64,000 bases of DNA from the human T2T-CHM13v2.0 reference genome, Homo sapiens, in NCBI RefSeq assembly GCF_009914755.1, contig NC_060934.1. One strand, written 5' to 3'. A program made the position numbers and the translations under genes. Below, one piece after another: positions 48,547-62,207 of this stretch; position 1 is the first letter of the stretch; each line of letters starts with the position of its first letter. The notes below the pieces were generated by a model. The model saw only the letters and a list, made by a program, of their open reading frames with translations, searched no databases and had not been told where the DNA came from.

Positions 48547-49499
48547 GTCTGATTTTAGAAAACTTAATACAGATTTTTTTCAATTTATTTTTGATGGCAA
48601 TGAGGCAGTAATTTATTTTTCAATAACTATTCAAAATATTCTCTAATTTTTTGCCCAAGAAACATCCCATTAGTTTTATCTTCTTTGTTTTGCTTGCAAG
48701 CTGTCAATTATGGCAAAGTTTTCCTTACAAAATTAGAATATAAGTAACGAAATTTTTAAACATCTTATATCTTAGTCACTTACAATTAAATAATACATAT
48801 ACTTGCATTTGAAGCCATAATTTTTCATAACAGAACTAATAAAATGGGCTTAGTATTTCTATCAAAATAGTATATTCATAATGTTTCTGATCAGATAAAT
48901 ATATACTAAACTTACAAGTAGCATGAGTTAAATAAATTACTTGTTTTGATTATAAATGGAATACAACAAAATTACATATAAAATGTCTAAAGTATTGAAA
49001 AACAAAATTTTAACATACGTAGTATTTCGCTGTATTATAACACGTAAAAATCATCAATTTTACGTGCACTACAATTTATCCCATTGAGACTAACTGTACA
49101 CACATAAGTTGCTTTTATTTATAAGTTTAACAGAGTCTGAATTTATTCATGAATATATTAAACCATATTTACAATTTGAAACTGACAAAAAGACTCATTT
49201 ATCGAAGAAAAAATGAAGATGACTTAACCCAAATATCTATAGTTGCTAATAGAAGACTGTCTTTCCTTCAAAACTATCATCAAGCTATGTTTAGATGTTT
49301 GTCTCTTTAATAATACTTATAGAGCTATTTTAATTACAACATTCAAATTTTTTTCAATTTAAAGAAAAGATACTGTATTTTACTTTTAAATGTTGATACC
49401 TGCATAATTTTTCTGGTATTCAGAAAAATATGTATAAAACTTTAACGAGAATTAAAAAGATTTTACATGGGTAGAAAAGTAGTCTAAATTCCTGGATCT

Positions 49500-49872
49500 T
49501 TTCTCTGTAAGGGGCATCACAGCCTTTTTGCACTTGGAAATGTTGGACAGCACTTCAGTACTGCTTTTGGGAGACATTTTAAACAGCAAAATCACCAACA
49601 AAAAGAACGAAGATGCAAAAACATGGCACAAAATAAACCATGAGGTTTACGATACTTGTTTATCATATGGGAGATAAAACAAGAAGGCAGAGTGTCTCCT
49701 ATTACCTCAGCTGGGAATGCGTGTTGACAGTGATCTAAAATTTTCACCACTCTGCACATGTCTGCAAATAACTGCAAAAGTGCCACAAGTATAGATTTTT
49801 AGGTTACAAATTAATTTTAGAAGAGTAGGCAAATTCACAAATATGAAATCTTCAAATAATGAGGATTGACTC
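49500..49872 (-). mobile_element. MER82-like TcMar-Tigger fragment
   Basis: Terminal ...gtaggcaaattcacaaatatgaaatc...aataatgaggattgact plus a transposase-start remnant. Confidence 0.7.
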
Positions 49873-50349
49873 TATGTATGTTTGTGTGTATTTGTGTATG
49901 TGTGTGTGTGGCTAACTAGGTTCTAGAGTAATGTTTGCTTTCCATCTTTAAAAAAATTCTGTAATATACATAGTCACCTCAAATGTGAATTTCCTGTTTT
50001 TCCATGTCAGAAACAAGGGAATAACAGGCAAGTTTATATGGTTCTAATAAATATTTATATTTTAATTTTTATAAAAGGAAAAATCAAACTACATAATTAA
50101 TTCAAAAGGAGAAAAATTTTAACAATTGTACCCATTAACTGAATATCATACTTGTATACTATCAAATATAGAACCCATTACAATCTTTGTGTAATTTCTC
50201 TCCCATTAATTAGATTACTGACAAGATAATCAGTAAACATTACACTTTTTATAATTATATTTACCTTTATAAACATGATACATGGTCAACAAAATAAACA
50301 TTCAAATTCAACAGAAAAGTAATTCAGAATTTAACTTAAATCCTCCTAG

Positions 50350-50716
<367 letters not shown>

Positions 50717-53029
50717 GGATTTTTTTGATTAAACAAAATTAAGCTGTTTTAAATTCTAAAATATAGCATACATTCATGAAGCTACATAAGACATGCATTA
50801 CAATTTAACAAATACATTATAACAACTAGGTGTTTTTCCAGTGTTTTTATAAGGTTTGCATGTATCTACTCCCAAGTCCAAGGCTGAAAAATACACTATT
50901 GTAATACCCAAGCAGTTTCACTGGTAGATATGTAGCAACAACTGTAATTTTAATTTTTTTCTTATTGTTATGATTACAAATGAAACTCAGAACTTTTTTG
51001 TACTATTATTATTGATTTTGTGATGTGTACGATTAAGTCTTTTCCCTATCTTTTCATTTCTTGTTTATTCTAAGTAAGTTATTCTCTATATATTCTGGAT
51101 TCAGGACATTCAACAGTTTTATGAGTTATAAGTACCTTCCCTCATTCACTTTTTTAAGGTATTGTTTGAGGAAATAGAGTTCCTATTTTGATAGAATTAA
51201 ATTTATAAACCATATCTTTGTTGACAGTGTCTTTTGTATTCTAAATAAGAGATATTTACCTTCCCAAGGTCTTGATGATATTTCTATAATTCTTTCCTGG
51301 AAATGTATTGTTTTATCTATCGTAATACATCTAATATTCACTGAAAATTGGGTTTGTTATATTATGGTGTGAGGTACAGACTAAAATTCATGTTTTTCAT
51401 ATAGGGGAAAATTTATCTTGGCACCATTTATTGAAAATATTCTCATATCCTTCCAATTTTTTACATATATCTGACATTTTTGAAATATCTGCTATTCATG
51501 TCTACATGAATTTTTTCCTTAAATCTCTAAATGATTTTATCTTCCTATTTGTGTATTACTTCATTATTACCACAATACTTGCAAAGTTTAGATTTATAAG
51601 AAGTTCAGATGTCTGTATGGACAAAATTTCTACCTTGCACTTCTTTTATCTTTAATAGAGTTTTAAAAATGTTTGCTATTCTTATTCCTTTGCCTATCCA
51701 TTTAATTTAATTTGATTTTACAGTTTTGTTTTTAATTTATAAATTATAATCATATATATTATAGTCTAAGATGTATTGTTATGATACATGTGTACATTCT
51801 GGAATGGTGAATCAGGCTAACATATCCAGCACCTTAACAGAGTTATCGTTTCTTTCTGTGTGAAAATACTTGAAATCTACTCTTATAGCAATTTTGAAGT
51901 ATACAATACATTATTATTAACTACAGTCACTATGCTGTGCAATAGATCACTAGAATATATTCCTCCTAACTGAAACATTGTACCCTTTTGACTAATAACA
52001 CCTTTTTCTGCATATTGCTGTCCCTCATTAGCCTTCTGCAATGAATATTTTACTCTCTACTTCTATGAGTTCTACTTTGTTAGATTCCACATATAAGTGA
52101 GATCATGCAATATTTGTCTTTCTGTGTGTGGGTTATTTCACTTAGCATAATGTTTTCTAGATTCATCTATGTTGTAGAAAATGACAGAATTTTCTTCTTT
52201 TTTAATGCTAAAAGTATAGCATTGTGGGAATACCACATTTTTAGAAATTCATTCATCTGTCGATGGGCCCTTAGGCTATCTCTATATCTTGACTACTATG
52301 AATAATGCTGCAATTAACACAAGAGTGCAGAAATCTCTTTAACATACAGACTAAATTTCTGTTGGCTACTCAAAAGTAGGAATGTTGGGTTATGTGGTAA
52401 ATATGTATTTAGTTTTTTTAGTAACCTCTATACTGTTTTCCAAAATGGCTGTTTACATTACATTCTCACCAACAACATATAAGGGTTTTCTGTTCTCTAC
52501 ATTCTAGCCTATACATTATTTATCATCTTTTTGATCATAGCTATTCTAAAAAGTATGAGGTGATAGCTCATTGTGGTTTTAATTTGTATTTTTAAATTAT
52601 TAGTGATGTTGAATACTTTTTCCATTTATGTGTTGTCTATTTGTGTGTTTTCTTTTAAGTATTCATGTCCTTTGCCCTCTCTGAATAAGGTTATTTGTTT
52701 TCTTGTAATTGAGTTGTTTGAGTTCTTTAGGTATTTTGGATATTAACGCCTGACAAGATATATGGTTTGTAAATGTTTTTTCAAATCTATGAGTTGTCTG
52801 TTCACTCTGTTAATTGTTTTCTTTGCTATGCAGAAGTTTTTTAACTTTATGTAATCGCAATTGTCCATTTTTGCTTTTATGACCTATGTGGCTAGAGTCA
52901 TATTGGGGAAATTATTGCCTAGACCAATGTCATAGAGCTTCTCTCTTATATTGTCTTCCAGTAGTTTCACAGTTTTAAGGCTTATGTTAAAGTTTTTAAT
53001 CCATTTTGAGTTGATTCTTGTATATAGGG

Positions 53030-53393
53030 TGTATTTGTCTCTTCTCACACTGCTAATAAAGACATATCTGAGACTGGGTAATTTATAAAGGAAAGAGGTG
53101 TAACAGACTCACAGTTCCACATGGCTTGGGAGGCCTCACAATCATGGCTGAAGGTGAATGAGGAACAAAGTCACGTCTTACATGACGACAGGCAAGAGAG
53201 CATGTACAGGGGAACTCCTCTTTATAAAACCATCAGATCTCATGAGACTTATTCACTATCATGAGAACAGCATGGGAAAGACCTGCCTGCATGATTAAAT
53301 TACCTCCCACCAGGTCCTTTTCATGACATGTGGGGATTATGGGAGCTACAATTCAAGATGAGATTTGGGTGGGAACACAGCCAAACAATATCA
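53030..53393 (-). mobile_element. THE1B/C-like solo LTR
   Basis: Antisense THE1 with TG...CA termini; TSD TAGGG/CAGGG (one mismatch). Confidence 0.9.
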
Positions 53394-54524
53394 CAGGGTA
53401 AGATGAAGGTCCAATGTCATTTTTCTATATGTGGATTTCCAGTTGTCCCAATACCATTTATTGAAGGAATGTGCTTTCCCCATTGTGGGGATGTTGGCAA
53501 CTTTGTCAAAAATCAGTTGATTGTAAATATATGGGCTTATTCTGAGCTCACTATCCTATTCCATTGAACAACATTTCTGTTTCTATGCCAGTACCATGCT
53601 GCTTTGATTAGTATAGCTTTGTAGGATAGTTTGAAGTCACATTGTGTGATGCCTCCAGCTTTTTGTTCTTTTTGGTCAAGACTGCTTTGGCAGTTCAGAG
53701 TCTTTTGAGAGTCTATACAAATTTTAGTATTGTTTTTTCTATTTCTGTGGGGAATGACATTGAAATTTTGATGGGAATTGCATTATTTTGGGCAGTATCA
53801 ACATTTTGGCAGTATTTTTTTCAACTCATGAATACAAAATGTGTTTTTATTTATTTGTGCCATTTTTAATTTGTTTCATCAATATTTTATAGTTTTCAGC
53901 ATACAGAATTTTTAGGTCCTTGGTAAATTTACTTGTAAGTATTTTTTGATGCTATCGTAAATGATATTATTTTCTGTATTTCTGTTTTATATAGTTCATT
54001 GTTGTATATAGAAATGCTACTGATTTTTGCATGTTGATCTTGTGGTCTGCAATTTTATTAAATTAATGTGTCAATTCTAATAAATCTAATCTTAACACAG
54101 TTAAGAAAATTAAAATCATATCAAGTATCATTTTTTGACAACAATGGTATAAAACTAGAAATCAATATCAAGAAGAATTATAAAACATTGATAAATATGT
54201 GGACATTAAACAATTAAAAGGGAAATTTAAATGTATATATATGTATGTGTATGTTTTTGTGTATGTGTGTATGTATCTTGAGTTTGATACAAATGGAAAC
54301 ATAAATTACCAAAATTTAAGAGACACAGTAAAAACAGTAAAGAGGAAATTTTATAGCATTAAATAACTACCTCTCAAAAGAAGAAAGATCATAAACCACG
54401 AATGTTACACCTCAAGGAACTAGAAAAAGAAAAATCTAAACCCATAGTTAGTTAGCAGTGGGATGAAAACAACAAAAAATCAGAGAAGAAATCAATAAAA
54501 TAGAGACTAGAAAAATAATTTAAA

Positions 54525-54680
54525 GCTGCTGTATGGTGGCTTATGCCGTAATCCCAGCACTTTGTGAGGCTGAGGCAGTAGGATCCCTCGAGCCTAGGAG
54601 TTCAAGACCAGCCTGGGCAACACAGAAGGACCCCATCTCTATAAAAAAAATAATAATAATAAAAAGTAAAAAATTAGCTG
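54525..54680 (+). mobile_element. AluJ left half
   Basis: Left monomer and A-rich linker ending aaattagctg. Confidence 0.85.
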
Positions 54681-57600
54681 GGGAGGCAGAGAAAGATGGT
54701 GGAATAGAGGGCTCCACCAATTATTCCCCACACTGCAAGGACAGGACACCAATTTAACAACTATCTACATAGAAAAAACAACTTCATAAGAACCAAAAAT
54801 CTATTGAGCACTTGTAGTAACTGGTTTTAACTTCATATAACTGAAAGAGGCACTGAGGAGATAGAATACTGAATTGCCAACACCACCCCTCTTCCACCCT
54901 GAGCAGAAGTGGCCTGGTGTGGAGAGCATCTCTGTGCTCTGGAGGAGGGAGAACAAAGAAATTGTGAGGCACTGAACTCAGCGCTGTCGTGTTAGAGCAG
55001 AAAAAAAAAAAAAACTTGTACCAAACTCTGCTGACACCCACTCACAGAAGGAACATTTAAACCAGCCCTAGCCAGAGGGGAGCCACCAATCCCAGCAGTC
55101 AGAACTTGAGTTCTGCAAACCTTGCCACCAAGGTTTATAGTGTCTCCAAGTAAACTTGAAAGTCAATCTAGGCCATAAGGAATGCAACCCCTGGGCCAGT
55201 CCTAGTGCTTAAGTAGGCCCAGAGACAGTGGATTAGAGAGGCATGTGACCTACTGAGACATCAGCTGGGATGGCTGTGGTATTACTGGTGTAACCCCTAC
55301 CCTAACCCCAGGCTGCCCAGCTTATGACTCCAAAAGAGATCCCTGCCTTCCCCTTGACGACAAGATACAGAAGGGTCAGAGGGAGCTTGTCTTGCATCAC
55401 AGATACCAGCTCAGCCACAGCAGGATAGGGCACCAGTCAGCATCATGAGGCCATCATTCCAGTCCATAGCTTCTGGATGACATTTCTAAACAGACTGTGG
55501 GCTAGAAGGCAACCCACTTCCTTAAAGGAAAGAACCCAGTCCTGGCAGCATTGAACACTTGCTAACTAAAGAGCCATTGGGCCCTGAGTAACAAGTAATG
55601 ATACCCAGGCACTATGTTAAGTACCTTGGGTGAACCTCTGAGAATTGCTGCCTTCAGGTGAGACTCTGCACATTGCCAGATGTGGTAACTAGGGTGCAGA
55701 ACTCCTTCTGCTTGAGAAAAGCAGAGGGAAACATAAAGGGGACTTTGTCTTGCACCTTAGGTACAAGCGAGGCCATGGGAGGTGGAGGTAGAGCACCATG
55801 TGGGTTCTTGTGGTCCCATATTCTAGGACTTCACCCTTGGATGGCATTTCTGGACCTGCCCTGGACCACAGAGGAGCCCACTGCCCTGAAGGGTGAGTGC
55901 CAAGCCAGTCAGCATTCACCACAAACTGACTTAAGAGTCACTGGACCTTAAGGGAACACTGATGGTAGTCTGGCAGTACTCCTCATGGCCTGGGGAGGTG
56001 GTGGCTGCAAAGTGAGGCCTCTGCCTTTGGAAAGGTGAGAGAAAAGTCAGAAGGACTGTGTCTTTTGGGCTGGCACTCAGTTGCAGGGCAATGGAACCCC
56101 AGGTAGACTTCTAATGCTTTTGAAACTAGTCCCTGGCTCCTGAATGGCACATCTAGACCCACCCAGGGCCTGGAGGACCTAACACTTTAGGTGGCTCAGA
56201 ACTGAGAGAGAGAGACTCTGTTTGTTTGGGAGAAAGTAAGGGAAGATAACAAGAATCTCTGCCTGGTAAGCCAGAGAATTCTATCGGATCTTGTCCAAGA
56301 CCATCAAGGTGGTACCTCTAGGATTCTTTAAGAACCACAGTGTTACTGGGCTTGGGGTGTGCCTTAAAGCAGATATAGCTTAGATCATGACACTTAAGTC
56401 CTTTCAAATGTCTGGAAAGCCTACCCAAGAAGGATGGATACAAACAGGCTCAGACAGTGAAGACTATAATAAATAATAAACTCTTCAGTGCCTAGACACC
56501 AAAGAAAATCTGCTAGCATCAGCACCACCCAGGAAAACATAACCTCACCAAATCAACTAGATAAGGCACCAGGGACCAATCCTGGAGAAACAGAAATATG
56601 TGACCTTTCAGACAGGGAATTCAAAATAGCTGTTTTGAGGAAACTCAAAGAAATTTGAGATAACATAGAGAAGAAATTCAGAATTCTATCAGATAAATTT
56701 AACAAAGAGATTGAAATGATTTTAAAAAAAGCAGAAATTCTGGAGCTGAAAAATGCAATTGGCATACTGAAGAATGTATCTGAGTTCTTTAACAGCAGAA
56801 TTGATCAAGCAGAAGAAAGAATTGATGAGCTTGAAGACAGGCTATTTGAAAATACACAGTCAGAGGAAACAAAAGAAAGAAGAATAAAAAGCAGTAAAGC
56901 ACACGTGTATGATCCAGAAAATATCCTGAAAGGGGCAAATCTAAGAGTTAGTGGTCTTAAAGAGGAGGTAGAGAAAGAGAGAGGGGAGAAAAGTTAGAGA
57001 GCTTCCCAAGCCTAGAGAAAGATATCAATATTCAAGTACAACAAAGTTACAGAACACAAGAAGATTTAACCAAAAGAAGACTACTTCGAGGCATTTAATA
57101 ATCAAACTTCCAAAGATCAAGGATATAGAAAGAAGATCCTAAAAGTAGCAGGAAAAACAACAACAACAACAATGGAGCTCCAATACATCTGGCAGCAGAC
57201 TTTTCAGTGGAAACCTTACAGGCTAGGAGAGTATGGCATGACATATTTAAAGTGCTGAAGGAAAAAGGCTTTTACCATAGAATGGAATATCTGGTGAAAA
57301 TATCCTTAAACATGAAGGAGAAACAAATACTTTTCAAGACAAACAAAAGTGGAAGGACTTCATCAACATCAGACCTGTCCTAAAAGTAATACTAAAGAGA
57401 GTACTTCAATCAGAAAGAAAAAATTAACGAGCAATGAGTAATCCCCTGAAGATACAAAACTAACTGGGAATAGTAAGTATACAGAGAAACAAAGAATATT
57501 ATAACACTGTAACGTTGGTGTGTAAACTACTCTTATCCTAAGTAGAAAGACTAAATGATGAACCAATCAAAAAGGATAACCACAACTTTTCAAGACATAG

Positions 57601-60600
57601 ACAATACAATAACATATAAATAGAAACAACAAAAAGTTTAGAAGTGGGGGCATGAAGTTAAAGCATAGAGTTTTTATTAGTTTTATTTTTGCTTGTTTGT
57701 TTATGCAGACAGTGTTAAGTTGTTATTAGGTTAAAATAATTTGTTAGAAGATAATATTTGTAAGCCTCATGGTAACCTCAAACCAAAAAACATACAGTGG
57801 ATACACAAAAAAACAAAAATTAATAAGCTAAATTATATCACCAGAGAAAATCACCTTCACTCAAGGAAGAGAGGAAGGAAAGAAGGAAGAGAGAGCCACA
57901 AAAAAAACCCAGTAAACAAATAAAGTAATCTTAAAAAGGAGTAAGTCCTTACTTATGAATAATAGAATGTAAGTTGACTAAACTCTCCAATCAAAAGACA
58001 TAGAATGGGTGAATGAATTAAAAAACAAAACCCATTGATCTGTTGCCTACAAGAAACACACTTCACATACAAAAACACATATAAACAGAAAATAAAGGGA
58101 TGGTAAAAGATATTTTACAAGAATAATTGTGGAAACTATAAAAATAAATAGAAATTAAACAATATGCTCCTGAATAACCAGTGAGTCAATAAAAAAATTA
58201 GGAAGAAAATCACAAAATTTCTTGAAACAAATGATAATGGAAAGACAACATACCAAAACCTATGGGATATAGCAAAAGAGGTACTAAGGGAGAAGTTTAT
58301 AGTTATAAGTACAAAATCAAAAGAGAGGAAAAACTTCACATAAATAATCTAATGATGCATCTTAAAGAACTTGAAAAACAAAAGCAAACTAAACCCAAAA
58401 GTAGAAGAAATAGTAAAGATCAGAGCAGAAATAAATGACATTGAAATGAAGAAAACAATAAAAATATCAATGAAACAAAACTAAGAAAAAAGAGAATATC
58501 CAAATGAATAAAATAAAAAATGAAAAAGGAGACATTACAACTGATAATGCAGAAATGCGAAGGATCATTAGTGGCTACCATGAGTAACTATATGCCAATA
58601 CATTTGGAAACCTAAAAGAAACAGACAGATTTCTAGACACATAAAACCTACCAAGACTGAACCAGGAAAAATCCAAAACCTGAACAGACCAATAACAAGT
58701 AACAAGGTCGAAGCTCTAATAAAACGTCTCCCAGCAAACTAAAGTCCAGGAAATGATGGCTTCACTGCTGAATCCTACCAAACATTTAAAGAAGAACTAA
58801 TATTAATCCTGCTCAAACTATTTCAAAAACTGGAGGAGTAGGGAATACTTCCAGGCCAGTATTACTCTGATACCAAAACCAGACAAGGACACATTAAAAA
58901 AAAACTATAGGTTGGTATCTCTGATGAATATCAATGTAAAAATCTTTAACAAACTACTATCAAATAGAATTCAACAATGCAGTATAAAGATCATCCTTTG
59001 GAAGATGCCTGGGATGGAGGATTACCCCTAAGATGCAAGGATAGTTAACCATATGCAAATTAATCAATGTGCTATGTCATATCAACAGAATGAAGGACAA
59101 AAAACACTTGATCATTTCAACCGATGCTGAAAAAGCATTTGATCAAATTCAACATCTCTTCATAATGAAACCCTACAAAAATTGGTTATAGAAGGAATAT
59201 ACCTCAACATAATAAAAGCCATATATGATAGACCTGCAGCTAGAATGATACTGAATGGGGAAAAACTGAAAGCCTTTCTTCTAAGATCTGGAATACAACA
59301 AGGATGCCCACTGTCACCCCTGTTATTCAAAAGAGTAGGGGAATTCCTAGCTAGAACAATCAGAAAAGAGAAAGATGTAAAGGGCATCCAAATTGGAAAG
59401 GAAGAAGTCAGATTATCCTTCTTTTCACATGATATGATCTTATATTTTGAAAAACTTAAACACTCCACAACAACACTATTAGAACCGATAAACAAAGTCA
59501 GTGAAGTTGCAGAATACAAAATCAACATACAAAATTAGTATCACTTCTATACACTAACAGTGAACAATGTCAAAAATAAATGTAAAAGTAATCCCATTTA
59601 CAGTAGCAATAAGTAAAATTAAATACCTAGGAATTAACTTTACCAAAGAAGGGAATGATCTCTGTAACAGAAACTGTAAAATACTCATGACAGAAATTGA
59701 AGAGGTCACAAAAATGGAAAAAAAATTGACATGTTCATGGTTTAGAAGACTGAATATTGTTAAAATGTCCATACTACACAAAGCAATCTACATATTTAAT
59801 GCAATCTTTATCAAAATATCAGGGACATTCTTCACAGGAATAGAAAAAAAATCCTAAAATGTCTAAGATTTAGAAGGAACCAAAGTTTCTACCAACAGAT
59901 AAATGGATAAAGAAAATGTCGTATGTATACACAGTGGAGTACTATTCAGCCAATAAAAAAGAATTATTTTTATTTTTATTTTCTTGACTGCATAGTACTC
60001 TATTGTGTATATGTACCACATTTATAATAATTTAACCTTATTAAATTATTATTTAATTGTAATAATTTTATAATATTGATCATCAGAGAAATGCAATGAG
60101 ATATCTCATTGTAGTTTTGATTTTCATTTCTCTGATGATCAATATTATAAGATTACATTATTACAATTATTATAAGATGAACACCCTTGTAACTTGTAAT
60201 TCCTGTCATTTTCAAAATCATGGATGAAACTGGAGCTCATGTTAAGTGAAACAAGCCAGGCACAGAAAGACAAAATCACATATTCTCACTTATTTGTGGG
60301 ATCTGAAAACCAAAACAATTGAACTCATGGACACGGAGAGTAGCAGGATGGTTATCAGAGGTTTGGAAGTGTAGCTGGGGGTGGGTTGGTGGGGTGCGGT
60401 GGGAATGGTTAATAGGCACAAAAAATAGAAAGAATGAATAAGACCTACTATTTGATAGCACAACAGGATGCCTATAGTCAGTAATAACTTAGTTGTACAT
60501 TTTTTAATAACTAAAAGAGTGTAATTGGATTGTTTATAACTCAAAGAATAAATGCTTGAGGGAATGAATACCCCATTTTTCCTGATGTGCTTATTTAACA

Positions 60601-60683
60601 TTGCATGCTGTATTAACACATCTAATGTACCCCATAAATATGTACAACAACTCTGAACCCACAAAACCTTTTTAAAATATTTT
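54681..60683 (+). mobile_element. L1MA1/2-like LINE with 5'UTR, internally deleted, inserted in AluJ
   Basis: 5'UTR start gggaggcagagaaagatgg; ORF1 remnant at 56716-56997; RT remnant QGCPLSPLLF at 59182-59538; L1MA 3'UTR; degenerate TSD aaaaattagctg / aaaagtcagcta. Confidence 0.85.
60054..60169. repeat. Nested inverted repeats
   Basis: Perfect 26-bp arms at 60068-60093 and 60125-60150; 18-bp palindrome at 60094-60111; 13-bp outer arms at 60054-60066 and 60157-60169. Confidence 0.95.
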
Positions 60684-60695
60684 AAAAGTCAGCTA

Positions 60696-60846
60696 AACAT
60701 GGTGGCACATGCCTGTGGTCCCAGCTACTCAGGAGGCTGAGGTGGGAGGTTCACATGAGGCTAGGAAGTCAGGGCTGCAGTGAGCTACGATCAAAGCACC
60801 GCAACACAGCCTGGATGACAGAGTGAGACCCTATCTCAAAAAAAAT
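60696..60846 (+). mobile_element. AluJ (Jo-like) right half
   Basis: Right monomer with J-type gtgggagg...gctgcagtgagcta and an A tail. Confidence 0.85.
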
Positions 60847-62207
60847 GTAAAGAAATTTGATTTAAATAATAAATGAAATTAAGCGGTTTTTATGAGATAA
60901 AGAAAATGAACAAATTCTTAGCTAGAAAACAAACTAAGAAAACAGAGAGAAGACTGAAATAAAATCAGAAATTAAAGAAGAGATGTTGACAACTGACACA
61001 GAAGTACAGAGGATCCCGAGAGACTACTATAAACAATTATATGCCAACAAATTGGGTGACTAGGATGAAACTGATAAATTCATACACACATACAACCTAC
61101 CAAGACTAAATCATGAGAAAATTTAAAATCCCAACAGACCAGTAAGTTAGGAGATTGACTTAGTAATAAAAAGTCTACCACCAAAGAAAAGCCCAGGACC
61201 AGATGTCTTCACAGCCAAATTCCACTAAACATTTAAAGAATTTGCACTAATTTTTCTCAAACTCTTTTAAAAAATTGAAGAGGAAGAATTACTTCCAAAC
61301 TCATTTTATGAGACCAGCATTACTCCGATACCAAAGTCAGACAAAGACACAAGAAAAGAAAATCACAGGCCAATGTCTTTGATGACCACAGATGCAAAAA
61401 TATTCAATAAAATACTGGCAAACCATATATAATCATACATAAAAGGATCATTCACCATGATCAAGTGGGATTTGTCCCCACTCAATGCAAGGATATTGCC
61501 ACATACACAAATCAATAAATGTGGTACACTACATTAACAGAATGGAAATGGGAAAAAAAACATATAATCATCTCAATAGATGAATAAGTGGCATTTGAAA
61601 AAAATAAAATCCTTTCATTATAAAAACTCTCAACAAATTAGATATAGAAGAACTGTTTCTCAACACAATAAAAGCTATATATGGCAAGTCCACAGATAAC
61701 ATTATGCTCAAGGAAGAAAAGGTGAAGGCTTTTCCTCTAAGATCAGGAACAAAACAAAGTTGCTCATTCTCGCCAGTTTTGTTCAACGTAATACCGGAGG
61801 TCCTAGCCAGAGCAATTAAGCAAGAGAAGAAATAAAAGGCATTTAAATAGGAAAGGAAGTAAATTGTCTCTGCTGGTGACATTATCTTATACATAGAAAA
61901 CCCTAAAGACTCCTCTATTTAATTTTAGAATATATCAAGTTATATAATAGTTTACTAAGCGGTGTGTTTGTTTTACATGGCTTTGGGTCTTTGCTTTATA
62001 TTACAATGTATTTTTAAAAGAAAATACCATGGCAATTTTATTTTGACTATTACAAATATTTCCTTTCCTTTTGTTTATTTTTCTTTCCTTACTACATCGC
62101 TTAACATCCCATACAACATAGAACAGAAATGGGAGTAATGGCCATTCTTACCTATTTCCATTTCAAGCATAGCTTTCAACATTTCGCCATAAAATACAGT
62201 GCTTTCG

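Larger units (their letters stand above)
51709..61913 (-). mobile_element. 5'-inverted (twin-primed) L1MA: non-inverted part 51709-54082 (-), inverted part ~54088-54524 and ~60850-61913 (+)
   Basis: Breakpoints are contiguous in L1 coordinates; TSD tccatttaattt (51697-51708) / tctatttaattt (61914-61925). Confidence 0.8.
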
